64,000 nt of DNA from Acidimicrobiia bacterium (GTDB lineage: Bacteria; Actinomycetota; Acidimicrobiia; Spongiisociales; SHLN01): NCBI GenBank assembly GCA_041619515.1, contig JBFKDW010000003.1:18828-82827 (forward strand). The letters are read 5' to 3'. The position numbers and the translations under genes were made by a program. The first letter of the stretch is position 1. Every line of letters starts with the position of its first letter. Of the stretch, positions 47,034 to 55,814 are shown piece after piece. Under the pieces are notes generated by a model. That model searched no databases. It had not been told where the DNA came from and saw only the letters and a program-made list of their open reading frames with translations.

Positions 47034-47100
47034 TCCTCCTGACGGTTCGCACACTCTGGCGGAGTCACAAGCCAAAGCTAGTCGGACAATTCCGAGTGGG
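47034..47100 (-). promoter_or_regulatory. candidate promoter/operator of the hyd-mmsA-LLM operon containing elements GAGTCACAAG and CAAAGCTAG
   Basis: Element caaagctagtcgga at 47073..47086 and gagtcacaag at 47062..47071; the same two elements recur upstream of the aminotransferase and ureidopropionase genes. Confidence 0.3.
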
Positions 47101-47153
47101 ACACCGTCACCGATCCGCCCGGCTCCGCCGGGCCGCCGATCTGGCGCCGCCGG

Positions 47154-48131
47154 TCAGCTCACCTCGAACCGGGAACCGATGGCCCCCGGGGGGTCACTCC
47201 GCAGGATGGCTCTCAAGAACGGGTAGCGGTCGAGCCACCGCAACAACGCCTTCCAGTTGACGATCACCAGCACCAGGATCATGGCCGGGAACGGGATGCT
47301 GGGCAATACCTGCGCGAGGTTGGGGAACTCCGGGACGAGGTTGAGCGCAAAGGCCTGCAGGGCGCCGAAGAGGAGGACGCCGAACGCCGCCCGCAGCGGA
47401 TGCCAGCCGCCGAAGATCACGATCGCGAGCACGATCCAGCCGAGATTCCGGGTGGGCCGGTCCGACCAGCCGAGTTTGAGGTCGAGCGTGAACGCGGCAC
47501 CCCCGATCCCGATCAGGGCACCCCCGAGGGCAGTGTAGAGGTAGCGAAGCCGGTTGACGGCGATGCCCCGGGCATGGGCAGCCTCGGGACGTTCGCCGAC
47601 TCCCTGCAGCTCCAGGCCCCGGCGGGTGCGGTACATGAACAGGTATGTGGCGACAACCGTCACGTAGGCGAGATAGACGATGAGGTTGTGCTGAAACAGC
47701 ACGCGCCCGAAGAAGGGAATGGAGCTGAGGCCCGGGATGTCCCAGGCAGGCACGGCCTCGCCGGGACGGCCGACGTAGGAGTCACCGAGGAACCTGCTGA
47801 GCTCGGTGCAGAGGGCAAACAACACGAACCCAACCGCAACCTGGTTGAGGCTCAGCCGGATGCTGCCGAACGCCACCACAAGCGCGGCGGCCATCCCCAC
47901 CGCCGCCGCCGCCGGGAAGCCGAGCCAAACGCTGCCGGTCTGGAGGGCAACCACGAAGCCGGCCAGCGCCGCCAGCATCATGCTCCCGTCGACCGACAGG
48001 TTGATCACTCCGGCCTTCTCGCTGATTGTCTCCCCCATCGTGGCGAACAGCAGCGCCGAAGCCCCGGCCACGATCGAAGCGATGGTGGCGGTGTCGAACA
48101 TGTCTACGAGGGCATTGATGAATCCGCTCAT
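47154..48131 (-). CDS. ABC transporter permease (BMP/nucleoside-type uptake system, subunit 2)
   Basis: 8-10 TM helices; overlaps the upstream permease gene by 4 nt (ATGA). Confidence 0.85.
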   Translation of the reverse strand: MSGFINALVDMFDTATIASIVAGASALLFATMGETISEKAGVINLSVDGSMMLAALAGFVVALQTGSVWLGFPAAAAVGMAAALVVAFGSIRLSLNQVAVGFVLFALCTELSRFLGDSYVGRPGEAVPAWDIPGLSSIPFFGRVLFQHNLIVYLAYVTVVATYLFMYRTRRGLELQGVGERPEAAHARGIAVNRLRYLYTALGGALIGIGGAAFTLDLKLGWSDRPTRNLGWIVLAIVIFGGWHPLRAAFGVLLFGALQAFALNLVPEFPNLAQVLPSIPFPAMILVLVIVNWKALLRWLDRYPFLRAILRSDPPGAIGSRFEVS

Positions 48132-49195
48132 CCGACCTCCCCGTCGTCGACGGGCGATTCACGAGCGGCGCGGAGCGCCGCCCAGCCGAGGCCGAAGATG
48201 GTGGACAGCACGAGAACGCCTTGCAGCACCCCTCCCAGGCTCGGGTCGACATTCAAGCGGAGGGAGAGGCTCGAGCTGCCGACGGCAATCATCGCAAAGA
48301 AGAACGAGATCGGGATCACCCAGAAGGGTCGGAAGCGAGCGAGCAGAACAACCAGGATCGCCAGGAACCCATAGTTGCCGGAGATGGTGGGGATCAGCTT
48401 CTGGTGAAACCCGGTTGCCTGAGCGGTCCCGGCGATGCCCGCCAGCGCCCCGCAGATCACAAACGCACCGAGCAGATAGCGGTCGGTGGGAATGCCCATG
48501 AGAAACGACGAGGGGCGGTTGCGTCCGACCGCCTTGAGTTTCAGCCCGTACATCGTCCCCCGAAACAAGAGCCAGACACCCGCGATGGCGAGGAGAGTTA
48601 TGCCGACGGCGAGGGGAGACAGCCGCGTTCCACCCACCGACGGGAGGAACGAGTCCGCCGGAAAGATCTCGGTGCCGCTCGTGGAGGCCACTCCCGGCCG
48701 CTTCCAGGGCCCAATGACCAGATAGGTGGTAAGCGACAATGCGACGAAGTCGAGCCCCAGACCTCCGAATATCTCGTTGACGCCACCGGCGGTGCGCAAG
48801 ATCCCCACCAGGAGGCCCCACAGCAGGCCGCCGGCGGCACCCGCCACGATCGTCAGGAGCACGAGGAGCGGACGGGGCGCAGACACCTCTCGCGCCACCA
48901 GCGCAGCCGCAATCGCTCCCATGATGATCTGACCCTCGATGCCGATGTTCCACATCCCGGCATTGAAGGTGACAATGAGCCCGGCTGAGGCGAGGGCGAT
49001 TGGCACCCATACCATGAAGGTGTCCCCGACCTTGTTCGCCGATCCGCTCTCGAACGGCGGCCAGCCGAGAGAGCCCTGGATGATCAACCTGATCGGCTCC
49101 CAGGGGTTGGTGCCGGCCGCCAGCAGCAGCGCCACCACCGACACCAGCACGACCAGGGCGGGAAGCACAATGAAGTTCAGCCGGCTCCGGGTCAT
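48128..49195 (-). CDS. ABC transporter permease (BMP/nucleoside-type uptake system, subunit 1)
   Basis: Multi-TM protein with Gly-rich permease core (NIGIEGQIIMGAIAAALV); overlaps the ATPase gene by 4 nt. Confidence 0.85.
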   Translation of the reverse strand: MTRSRLNFIVLPALVVLVSVVALLLAAGTNPWEPIRLIIQGSLGWPPFESGSANKVGDTFMVWVPIALASAGLIVTFNAGMWNIGIEGQIIMGAIAAALVAREVSAPRPLLVLLTIVAGAAGGLLWGLLVGILRTAGGVNEIFGGLGLDFVALSLTTYLVIGPWKRPGVASTSGTEIFPADSFLPSVGGTRLSPLAVGITLLAIAGVWLLFRGTMYGLKLKAVGRNRPSSFLMGIPTDRYLLGAFVICGALAGIAGTAQATGFHQKLIPTISGNYGFLAILVVLLARFRPFWVIPISFFFAMIAVGSSSLSLRLNVDPSLGGVLQGVLVLSTIFGLGWAALRAARESPVDDGEVG

Positions 49196-50676
49196 GCCGG
49201 GGCCTCCTCACGGCCGGGTCGGCGCCCGCCGATCAGCAGCCCGATCTCTTCGACGTCGGTGTCGGCCGCCTCCAGCTCGCCGATGACGCGACCCGAGAAG
49301 AACACGAGGATGCGGTCGCTGTAGCGCAGCAGCTCGTCGAGATCTGCCGATGCGAAGACGATCGACGTTCCATCCGCCCGGCGGGCCAGCAGCTGCTCCC
49401 ACACCCAGTCTGCCGATTCGATGTCGAGGCCACGCGTCGGATGCTCCATCAGGAGGGCCGCCAGGTTGGCCGGCAGCATCGCCAGGAGAAGGCGCTGCTG
49501 ATTGCCGCCGGAAAGCGACCCCGCCGTCGAAGCTTCCGTGCCCTTTATGGAATAGCGATCGATCTGATCCTTGGCCAGGCGGCGGGCCGCCTCCCAATCG
49601 ATGAAGAACCCTCCCCGATCTCCGGTGAGGATGAAATGCTCCGTGATGGTGAGGCCATCGATGAGACCCTCCTCGAGCCGTCCCGCCGGCAGGTACTTCA
49701 CCTTGGCCGCCAGGAAGTCCCGGTAATGCCTGCCGGTGAGATCGCGGCCATCCACGGTCACCGTGCCTTCCCGAGGCGCCCGCATGCCTGCGCAGATTCG
49801 CAGGAACACGTCCTGGCCGCTTCCCTCCATGCCCGCCAGACCGATCACCTCGCCGGTCTTGACCTCGAGCGACAGTGGTTCCTCGCTGAGCAGCCCGGAG
49901 GCATTCCGAACCGAGTCGAGGGCGAGGCGGGGAACACCCAGCTGGACGTGGTCGCGGTCACGGATCTCGACCGCTTGACCGAACATCATCTTGACGAGTT
50001 GCTGCGGCGGCACCGGCATGTCGGCCTCTCCGACCACTCGCCCCCGGGTCATCACGGTGACCCGCTCGCACAGGTCGGCGATTTCCTCCAGCTTGTGCGA
50101 GACGAAGATGACGCTCATCCCCTCGGCCGCCAGCGCCCTGAGAGTTTCGAAGAGCTTGATCCGCTGGTCGGCCGAGATACCGGTGGTGGGTTCGTCCAGA
50201 ATGAGAACCCGGGCTCCCAGCCACAGCAGGCGGAGAATCTCGAGCTGCTGGCGCTCACCCACCGTGAGCAGGCGCACCGGGGTATCGGGCTCGAGACGAA
50301 AGCCGTACCGGTCGCACATCTCCGCCAGTTCATGGGCCGCCCGGCGGCGGTCCAGCCGCCGGCTTCCCGGGCTGGCCAGCACGAAGTTGTCGATCACGCT
50401 GAAGGGCAGGAAGACCAGCGGATCCTGGTGCAGCATGCCGATGCCGGCGGCGATGGCATCTGCCGGTGAAGCCAGGCTGATCGTCTGCCCGTCGAGCACG
50501 ATCTCACCGGAATCGGCCGAGTGGAACCCGGAGAGAACCTTCATGAGCGTGGACTTGCCCGCACCGTTTTCTCCGAGCAGGCCGTGCAGGGTCCCGGTTT
50601 CTACCGTGATGCTGATGCCGTCGTTGGCGTGCACGGGGCCGAAACGCTTGTGGATGTCCCGCAACTCAAGGCCCAT
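49192..50676 (-). CDS. ABC transporter ATP-binding protein with two fused ATPase domains (sugar/nucleoside-type)
   Basis: Two Walker A motifs (GENGAGKST in the N-terminal half, second NBD later); two ABC signatures; 494 aa. Confidence 0.9.
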   Translation of the reverse strand: MGLELRDIHKRFGPVHANDGISITVETGTLHGLLGENGAGKSTLMKVLSGFHSADSGEIVLDGQTISLASPADAIAAGIGMLHQDPLVFLPFSVIDNFVLASPGSRRLDRRRAAHELAEMCDRYGFRLEPDTPVRLLTVGERQQLEILRLLWLGARVLILDEPTTGISADQRIKLFETLRALAAEGMSVIFVSHKLEEIADLCERVTVMTRGRVVGEADMPVPPQQLVKMMFGQAVEIRDRDHVQLGVPRLALDSVRNASGLLSEEPLSLEVKTGEVIGLAGMEGSGQDVFLRICAGMRAPREGTVTVDGRDLTGRHYRDFLAAKVKYLPAGRLEEGLIDGLTITEHFILTGDRGGFFIDWEAARRLAKDQIDRYSIKGTEASTAGSLSGGNQQRLLLAMLPANLAALLMEHPTRGLDIESADWVWEQLLARRADGTSIVFASADLDELLRYSDRILVFFSGRVIGELEAADTDVEEIGLLIGGRRPGREEAPA

Positions 50677-50734
50677 GGCTCCCTGAGGCTAGAGAATCGA
50701 CCCCGCCGATGTCGATCGGGCTGTGAGCAAGAAA

Positions 50735-50760
50735 GAGGGGAGGGCGGCGGCCCTCCCCTC
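50735..50760 (-). terminator. intrinsic-terminator-like hairpin downstream of SBP gene 1 (11-bp stem gaggggagggc/gccctcccctc), followed on the minus strand by TTTCTT
   Basis: Perfect inverted repeat, 20 nt after the SBP stop and upstream of the ATPase gene; a likely intra-operon attenuator. Confidence 0.5.
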
Positions 50761-50780
50761 TCCTCTGTGCGGCCGGTTGC

Positions 50781-52016
50781 CTAACCGAACACGTTCACAC
50801 CCGTGCATGCCCCTTCGATGCCTTGCAGGCATTGCGGCGAGTACCAGATCTGGAAGTCGGTGGCGACTTCCCCGTCCCCCAGCCATTGCGAACCGTCCTG
50901 CCAATTGAGCGGGCCTTCGAACAGCTCGATCGATCCGTCGGCAAGCCCGTCGATGAACTCATCGAGGACGGCGGCGTTCTCGGCAGACAGGCCCTGGCCG
51001 TTCAGGAACCCGACCACGCTGGTGTCGGGATCGTTGATGTCGTCCCAGTCGGGCTCATACCAGGTCCACGTGGCCGTGAAGTCCCCGTCGATCACCGCCT
51101 GAGCCGCCTCCAGGTACGCCGGTCCCCAGTTGAAGTAGGGAACGCCGATGCACACTTCCGGAGCCTCGTCGCAGGCACCGATGTAATCGTACGGGATGGC
51201 CTTGACCGCCTCACCGCCGTCGGCACGCTGGCCGGTTCTGATCAACGCGAAGTTCTGGTCGATGCCCGACAGTGTCACGTCGGCTCCGCCGTCGATGAAG
51301 TCGTTGACGACCAGCGTCGCGTCGAGTGTCAGACCCGGGATCTCGAACCAGAAGCCGATGAACGTGACGGTGAAGCCGAGATCGGCCGGATTCCCGCCCC
51401 GGTAGTTCTCCCAGCAATACTGGGCACCCCGATAGGCCGAGTTGACGAGACGCCGCGTTTCGTCGTTGGTGAGGGGCCCCAGGTAGGCCAGCTGGCCCGT
51501 CTCAGACTCCAGAGCCGCCGCGCAACCGGCGATCATCTTGGGGTAGATCATCTGACCCCAGACGTTGCTGAGGTTGGTGAGGTCTTCCTGATAGTCCTTG
51601 CCGTCTTCCCACGCACTGTCACCCGACACCCAGATCATGGGGACTTCGGGAAGCAGCCGGGCCGATTCGAAGGCGCCGTCGCGCTGATCATCCGAATTGA
51701 AGATGACCAGGTCGGCACCGAGGTCGACCATCTCCTGCGCGGTGTTGGTGAACGAGAGACCGGGAGTGTCACCCAGGTTGGCGGCCTCGAGAACGATGAC
51801 GTCGTCCTCGACACTGCCGCCCAGCTTCTCGATGGCATACTCGACGCCCTCGAGGTGGGCCTGGCTGTATCCCCGATCGCTCCCGGAGCCAACGAGGAGA
51901 ATCCCGATCTTGAAGTCCTCCCCCACGTCACCGCCTGAATCGTCACCGCAGGCGGCCGCTACGAGCGCGAACGCCAGCAGCAGGCTCATCGTGTGCACCA
52001 GTCGTTTCGAAAGCAT
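50781..52016 (-). CDS. BMP-family (basic membrane protein, nucleoside/purine-pyrimidine binding) ABC substrate-binding lipoprotein
   Basis: Lipoprotein signal MLSKRLVHTMSLLLAFALVAAACGDD. ATG at 52016 preceded by aaggag, chosen over the track start 52034. Overall composition and length fit BMP/PnrA-like SBPs. Confidence 0.85.
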   Translation of the reverse strand: MLSKRLVHTMSLLLAFALVAAACGDDSGGDVGEDFKIGILLVGSGSDRGYSQAHLEGVEYAIEKLGGSVEDDVIVLEAANLGDTPGLSFTNTAQEMVDLGADLVIFNSDDQRDGAFESARLLPEVPMIWVSGDSAWEDGKDYQEDLTNLSNVWGQMIYPKMIAGCAAALESETGQLAYLGPLTNDETRRLVNSAYRGAQYCWENYRGGNPADLGFTVTFIGFWFEIPGLTLDATLVVNDFIDGGADVTLSGIDQNFALIRTGQRADGGEAVKAIPYDYIGACDEAPEVCIGVPYFNWGPAYLEAAQAVIDGDFTATWTWYEPDWDDINDPDTSVVGFLNGQGLSAENAAVLDEFIDGLADGSIELFEGPLNWQDGSQWLGDGEVATDFQIWYSPQCLQGIEGACTGVNVFG

Positions 52017-52037
52017 GGTTCGGCTCCTTCTCACGTC

Positions 52038-52060
52038 ACCATGCCCTGGACTCTACGTCA
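52038..52060 (-). promoter_or_regulatory. conserved 23-nt promoter-proximal element (sense: TGACGTAGAGTCCAgggcATGGT) 31 nt upstream of SBP gene 1
   Basis: Identical 14-mer tggactctacgtca at 52047..52060 and at 56943..56956, the same distance upstream of SBP gene 2. It contains a TAnnnT -10-like hexamer (TAGAGT) on the sense strand. Confidence 0.4.
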
Positions 52061-52129
52061 GCGGAACATGCACGCGTCGATGCCGAACGGCCCTGCCGGG
52101 CTGGGAAAGGACTGTACGCGCCGCCGGGC

Positions 52130-52150
52130 GGTCTCTCCGAACGAGAGACC
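52130..52150 (-). terminator. weak hairpin (ggtctctc-cgaac-gagagacc) just downstream of the second ABC operon
   Basis: 8-bp stem, 8 nt after the permease stop at 52158. Confidence 0.3.
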
Positions 52151-52157
52151 CAGCCGG

Positions 52158-53111
52158 TCAGCGCTGTTCTCGGAAATACGGGATGGCGAGGGCGGCGGGG
52201 GCGCCGAGCAACCGGGCACGTTTGCCGCTCGTGAGAGCAAGCATGGCCACGATGGCGAGCACGAATGGGAGCATGGCGAGGATCGTCGAGGGTATGTCAC
52301 TCCACGGCTCTCCGAGGGTTTGCAGCGTGAACTGTATGCGGGTGGCGGCGCCGAACAGATAGGCGGCAAACACCGCCCGCCACGGCCGCCAGCTCGCCAG
52401 GATGACAAGTGCGATGGCAATCCACCCGGCCGCTCCGATCGGATCGTCCTGCCACGTGGGGACCAGCGCGAGCGAGAAGTAGGCGCCGCCGAGCCCGGCC
52501 AGTGCACCGCCCGCCATGACGTGGGCGTATCGGACCCAGGCAACGTTGACTCCGGCCGACTCGGCGCTGGCCGGGTCCTCACCCACAGCCCGCAACGAGA
52601 GTCCCATGCGGGTATGGAACACGTAATAGCTGGCTGCGCCGGCCACGACCCAGGCGACGTACACCATGATGTCGTGGCCGAACACGAGGGGCCCGATCAC
52701 CGGCCAATCGGCGATGCCGCTGGTGAGCATCGGGTCGAAGGTCTCACGGGCGGGCTCGCCGACCAGCGGATCAGATCCGGCTTTGCCGAGGAAACTGGCC
52801 AGCCCGGTCCCAAACAAGGTGAGGGCGAGCCCGGAAACGATCTGGCTCACCCGCAGCGTGATGGACGCAAACGCGTGGATCAGGGAGAACACTGCTCCGG
52901 CGATCATGGCGACCACCACCCCCAGGATCAGGCTGCCCGTCTCAAAGGTCGCCCAGAACCCGCTGACCGCGCCCACCAGCATGATTCCCTGCACTCCCAG
53001 GTTGAGGATGCCGGCCCGCTCGGTGATGATCTCACCAACCGTTGCGAAGATCAGCGGGGTCCCGAGGCTCATGGCCGCGAAGATCGTAAGGACGAGCTGT
53101 GTGTCGTTCAT
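52158..53111 (-). CDS. ABC transporter permease (second BMP-type system, subunit 2)
   Basis: The ATG at 53111 (MNDTQLVLTIFAAMSLG) overlaps the upstream permease stop (ATGA). Multi-TM. The rest of the 598-codon track ORF is rejected. Confidence 0.85.
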   Translation of the reverse strand: MNDTQLVLTIFAAMSLGTPLIFATVGEIITERAGILNLGVQGIMLVGAVSGFWATFETGSLILGVVVAMIAGAVFSLIHAFASITLRVSQIVSGLALTLFGTGLASFLGKAGSDPLVGEPARETFDPMLTSGIADWPVIGPLVFGHDIMVYVAWVVAGAASYYVFHTRMGLSLRAVGEDPASAESAGVNVAWVRYAHVMAGGALAGLGGAYFSLALVPTWQDDPIGAAGWIAIALVILASWRPWRAVFAAYLFGAATRIQFTLQTLGEPWSDIPSTILAMLPFVLAIVAMLALTSGKRARLLGAPAALAIPYFREQR

Positions 53112-54217
53112 GCCGCTTCCAATCCCGCCACGCCGGCCGGCGCCTTCTCGGGCCGGCGGAGCCGGTTGGCGATGAAGAACTCGCCACCCACCGCAAAGAT
53201 CAGGATCGCCCCCTGCAGCATGATGACGATCTCGGGTGGCACGCCGATGGACTGGAGCGAGGGTCCCGAGTTGTTGAGAGCGCCCATGAGGATTCCGACC
53301 GGGATCACCGCCACCGGATTGAGGCGGGCCAGCGCGGCGACGATGATGCCCGTGAACCCGAGGCCGAGATCGAGCGACCGGGGGTCGAGCGCTCCCACCG
53401 GACCGGCAACGTACAGGCCGCCGGCCAAACCGGCGAACAGGCCCGACAGGAGGAACACACCGAGAATCTTCCTGGGAACTCCAATCCCCGCATAGCGGGC
53501 GGTGTCTGGTGAGTCCCCCACTACCTGAACCTCGAAGCCCCAGCGCGTCTTGCCGATCAGGAACCACGCCACCAGCGCCAGCACCGCGGCGATGATGAAC
53601 CCGATGTCGAGCCGATTGAAGAACTCCGGCAACCGTCCCGAATCGGGAATCGGCCGTCCGGACGGGAACGTGCTCACGGCGGGGTCCCGCCATGGGCTGC
53701 TGCTTCCGAAGATGAGGTAGTTCATGAGGTTGAGAGCGATGAAGTTGAGCATGAGCGTCGTGATGATCTCGTTCACACCCAGGTACACACGGGGAATAGC
53801 CGAGATCGAAGCCCACAGAGCTCCCCCGATGCCGCCGGCGATGACCACGACGGGGACTACGACCACCGCCGGGGCGCCGTCGCCCATGGCGATGGCCATC
53901 CCCGACGAGAAGATCGCCCCCAGCAGGAACTGACCCTCTGCTCCGATGTTCCACACCAGCATCTTGAAGGCCACCGCAGCCGCCAGCCCCGTGAGGATGA
54001 GGGGGGTGGCGGAAATCAGAGTCTCACTGAGGCCGCGGGAGCTTCCGAAGGCAGTGTCGACCATGTGGCGATAGACACTGAAGGGGTTGTCGCCGGTCAG
54101 CGCCAGGAAGACGCCGCCCACGATGAGTGCGGCAAATACCGCCAGCAACGGGATGAGCAGCGTCAGTTGGATGGACGCGAGGCCCCGTGGCTCCACGATG
54201 AGGCGCCGGGCCGTCAT
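53108..54217 (-). CDS. ABC transporter permease (second BMP-type system, subunit 1)
   Basis: Multi-TM permease with GAEGQFLLGAIFSSG core; overlaps the ATPase gene by 4 nt. Confidence 0.85.
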   Translation of the reverse strand: MTARRLIVEPRGLASIQLTLLIPLLAVFAALIVGGVFLALTGDNPFSVYRHMVDTAFGSSRGLSETLISATPLILTGLAAAVAFKMLVWNIGAEGQFLLGAIFSSGMAIAMGDGAPAVVVVPVVVIAGGIGGALWASISAIPRVYLGVNEIITTLMLNFIALNLMNYLIFGSSSPWRDPAVSTFPSGRPIPDSGRLPEFFNRLDIGFIIAAVLALVAWFLIGKTRWGFEVQVVGDSPDTARYAGIGVPRKILGVFLLSGLFAGLAGGLYVAGPVGALDPRSLDLGLGFTGIIVAALARLNPVAVIPVGILMGALNNSGPSLQSIGVPPEIVIMLQGAILIFAVGGEFFIANRLRRPEKAPAGVAGLEAA

Positions 54218-55749
54218 CCTGGGCCGTCCCCGTGACCGGCCATGAGCAGGCCGAGGCGTTCGGCGGTGGCGTCATCGGCGGAGATCTCGCCGACGATCTG
54301 GCCCTCGTACATGACGACCAGGCGGTCCGACAGGGCGAGCAACTCGTCGAGATCCTCGGAGATGAGGAGCACCGCGGTGCCGCGCTCCCGCTCCCGCAGC
54401 ACCAGGTTGCGCACCGCCTCGGTGGCGCCCACGTCGAGACCGCGGGTCGGAGACCGGGCGATGAGTACCTTGGGCTTGAGCTCCACCTCGCGGGCAATCA
54501 GCGCCTTCTGCAGATTCCCCCCCGACAACAACCGGATGGGAAGTCCGGGTCGAACACCGCGGATGTCGTACTGCGCGATGAGCTCTTCACCGCGGTCACG
54601 GAAGGCGCTCCGCACCAGCCGGGGGCCTTGCGAGAACGGTGGATCGCGAAACGCCTTGAGCGCCAGGTTGTCGTCGGTGGCCAGCCCGGGGGCGAGCCCC
54701 ATGCCGAGCCGGCTCTGTGGCACGTAGGCCACCCCCTTGCGAATGTGGTTGAGCACATCGGTGCTGGTGACGTCGTCGTCGCCGATCAGGACCTGGCCTC
54801 CGGCGGGAGTACGAAGACCAACCATCCCGTAGGCCAACTCGCGCTGACCGTTGCCCGACACTCCGGCTATTCCCAACACCTCTCCGGCGCGGACCTCGAA
54901 GTTGATGCCGCGTACTGCCTCGAGACCGCGATCGCTCAAGACCCGCAGGTCGCGCACGATGAGCACGGGCGGGCCGAACCCCGCCGCCTCATCCCGGGTG
55001 GGCAGTTCGAGATCCCGCCCCACCATCATGCGAGCAAGATCGCGCGGCTCAGCGTCGGCGGTGGCCACACCTCCGACATTGCGGCCGCCCCGCAGCACGG
55101 TGACACGGTCTGAGACCTGCTTCACCTCGTGCAGCTTGTGTGAGACGAAAATGACCGAGCGCCCTTCGTCGGCCATCTGACGCATCGTCTTGAACAACTG
55201 CTGGCCCTCCTGGGGAGTGAGGACCGCCGTCGGCTCGTCGAGGATCAGCACCTTGGCCTGGCGATAGAGGAGCTTGAGGATCTCGACTCGCTGTTGTTCC
55301 CCCACCGAGAGCTGCCACACACGGGCCTTCGGATCAATGGGAAGCCCGTAGCTCTCTCCGAGCTCGGCAGCCTCCGCCTGCAGCTGCTTCTCGTCGATGC
55401 GAACACCGAGGTCGGGATGGCCGAGCGCCAGGTTCTCCGCCACCGTCAGGTTGGGGACGAGCCGGAAATGCTGATACACCATCCCGATGCCGGCGGCGAA
55501 AGCATCCTTGGGTGATTTGAAATGGACCGGCGACCCGTCGACCAGCATCTCGCCGGCGTCGGGCCGGTAGAGGCCGGCGAGAATGGAACAGAGGGTGGAT
55601 TTGCCCGCCCCGTTCTCACCGAGCAAGGCATGTACCTCGCCGCGCCGAAGCTCGAAGCTGACGTCCTCGTTTGCCTTGACCCCGTAGAAGGCCTTATCGA
55701 CGTTGCGGAGCTCGACGGCGAGGCTGCCGCGCTCGGAGGCTTCGGTCAT
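54214..55749 (-). CDS. ABC transporter ATP-binding protein with two fused ATPase domains (second system)
   Basis: GENGAGKSTL Walker A, LSVGEQQRVEILKLL signature, second NBD with LSGGNLQKALIAREV; 511 aa. Confidence 0.9.
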   Translation of the reverse strand: MTEASERGSLAVELRNVDKAFYGVKANEDVSFELRRGEVHALLGENGAGKSTLCSILAGLYRPDAGEMLVDGSPVHFKSPKDAFAAGIGMVYQHFRLVPNLTVAENLALGHPDLGVRIDEKQLQAEAAELGESYGLPIDPKARVWQLSVGEQQRVEILKLLYRQAKVLILDEPTAVLTPQEGQQLFKTMRQMADEGRSVIFVSHKLHEVKQVSDRVTVLRGGRNVGGVATADAEPRDLARMMVGRDLELPTRDEAAGFGPPVLIVRDLRVLSDRGLEAVRGINFEVRAGEVLGIAGVSGNGQRELAYGMVGLRTPAGGQVLIGDDDVTSTDVLNHIRKGVAYVPQSRLGMGLAPGLATDDNLALKAFRDPPFSQGPRLVRSAFRDRGEELIAQYDIRGVRPGLPIRLLSGGNLQKALIAREVELKPKVLIARSPTRGLDVGATEAVRNLVLRERERGTAVLLISEDLDELLALSDRLVVMYEGQIVGEISADDATAERLGLLMAGHGDGPG

Positions 55750-55764
55750 GGGACCACACTAGAC

Positions 55765-55794
55765 AGCGGGGCCCCGCCGTGACGGGGCCCCGCT
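55765..55794 (-). terminator. hairpin downstream of SBP gene 2 (11-bp stem agcggggcccc/ggggccccgct, 8-nt loop)
   Basis: Perfect inverted repeat, 20 nt after the SBP2 stop and before the ATPase start; a likely intra-operon attenuator, as in system 1. Confidence 0.5.
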
Positions 55795-55814
55795 GACAGC
55801 AGATTTCGCGTTTT

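Noticed and set aside
47060-47075. CRP/GlxR-type site (TGTGA-N6-TCACA) suggested by the TCACA in the GAGTCACAAG element
   Set aside because: The required left half-site is not present at the correct spacing in either the hyd or ureidopropionase promoter (CTCTG-GCGGAG-TCACA; TTAGC-GGAAG-TCACA).
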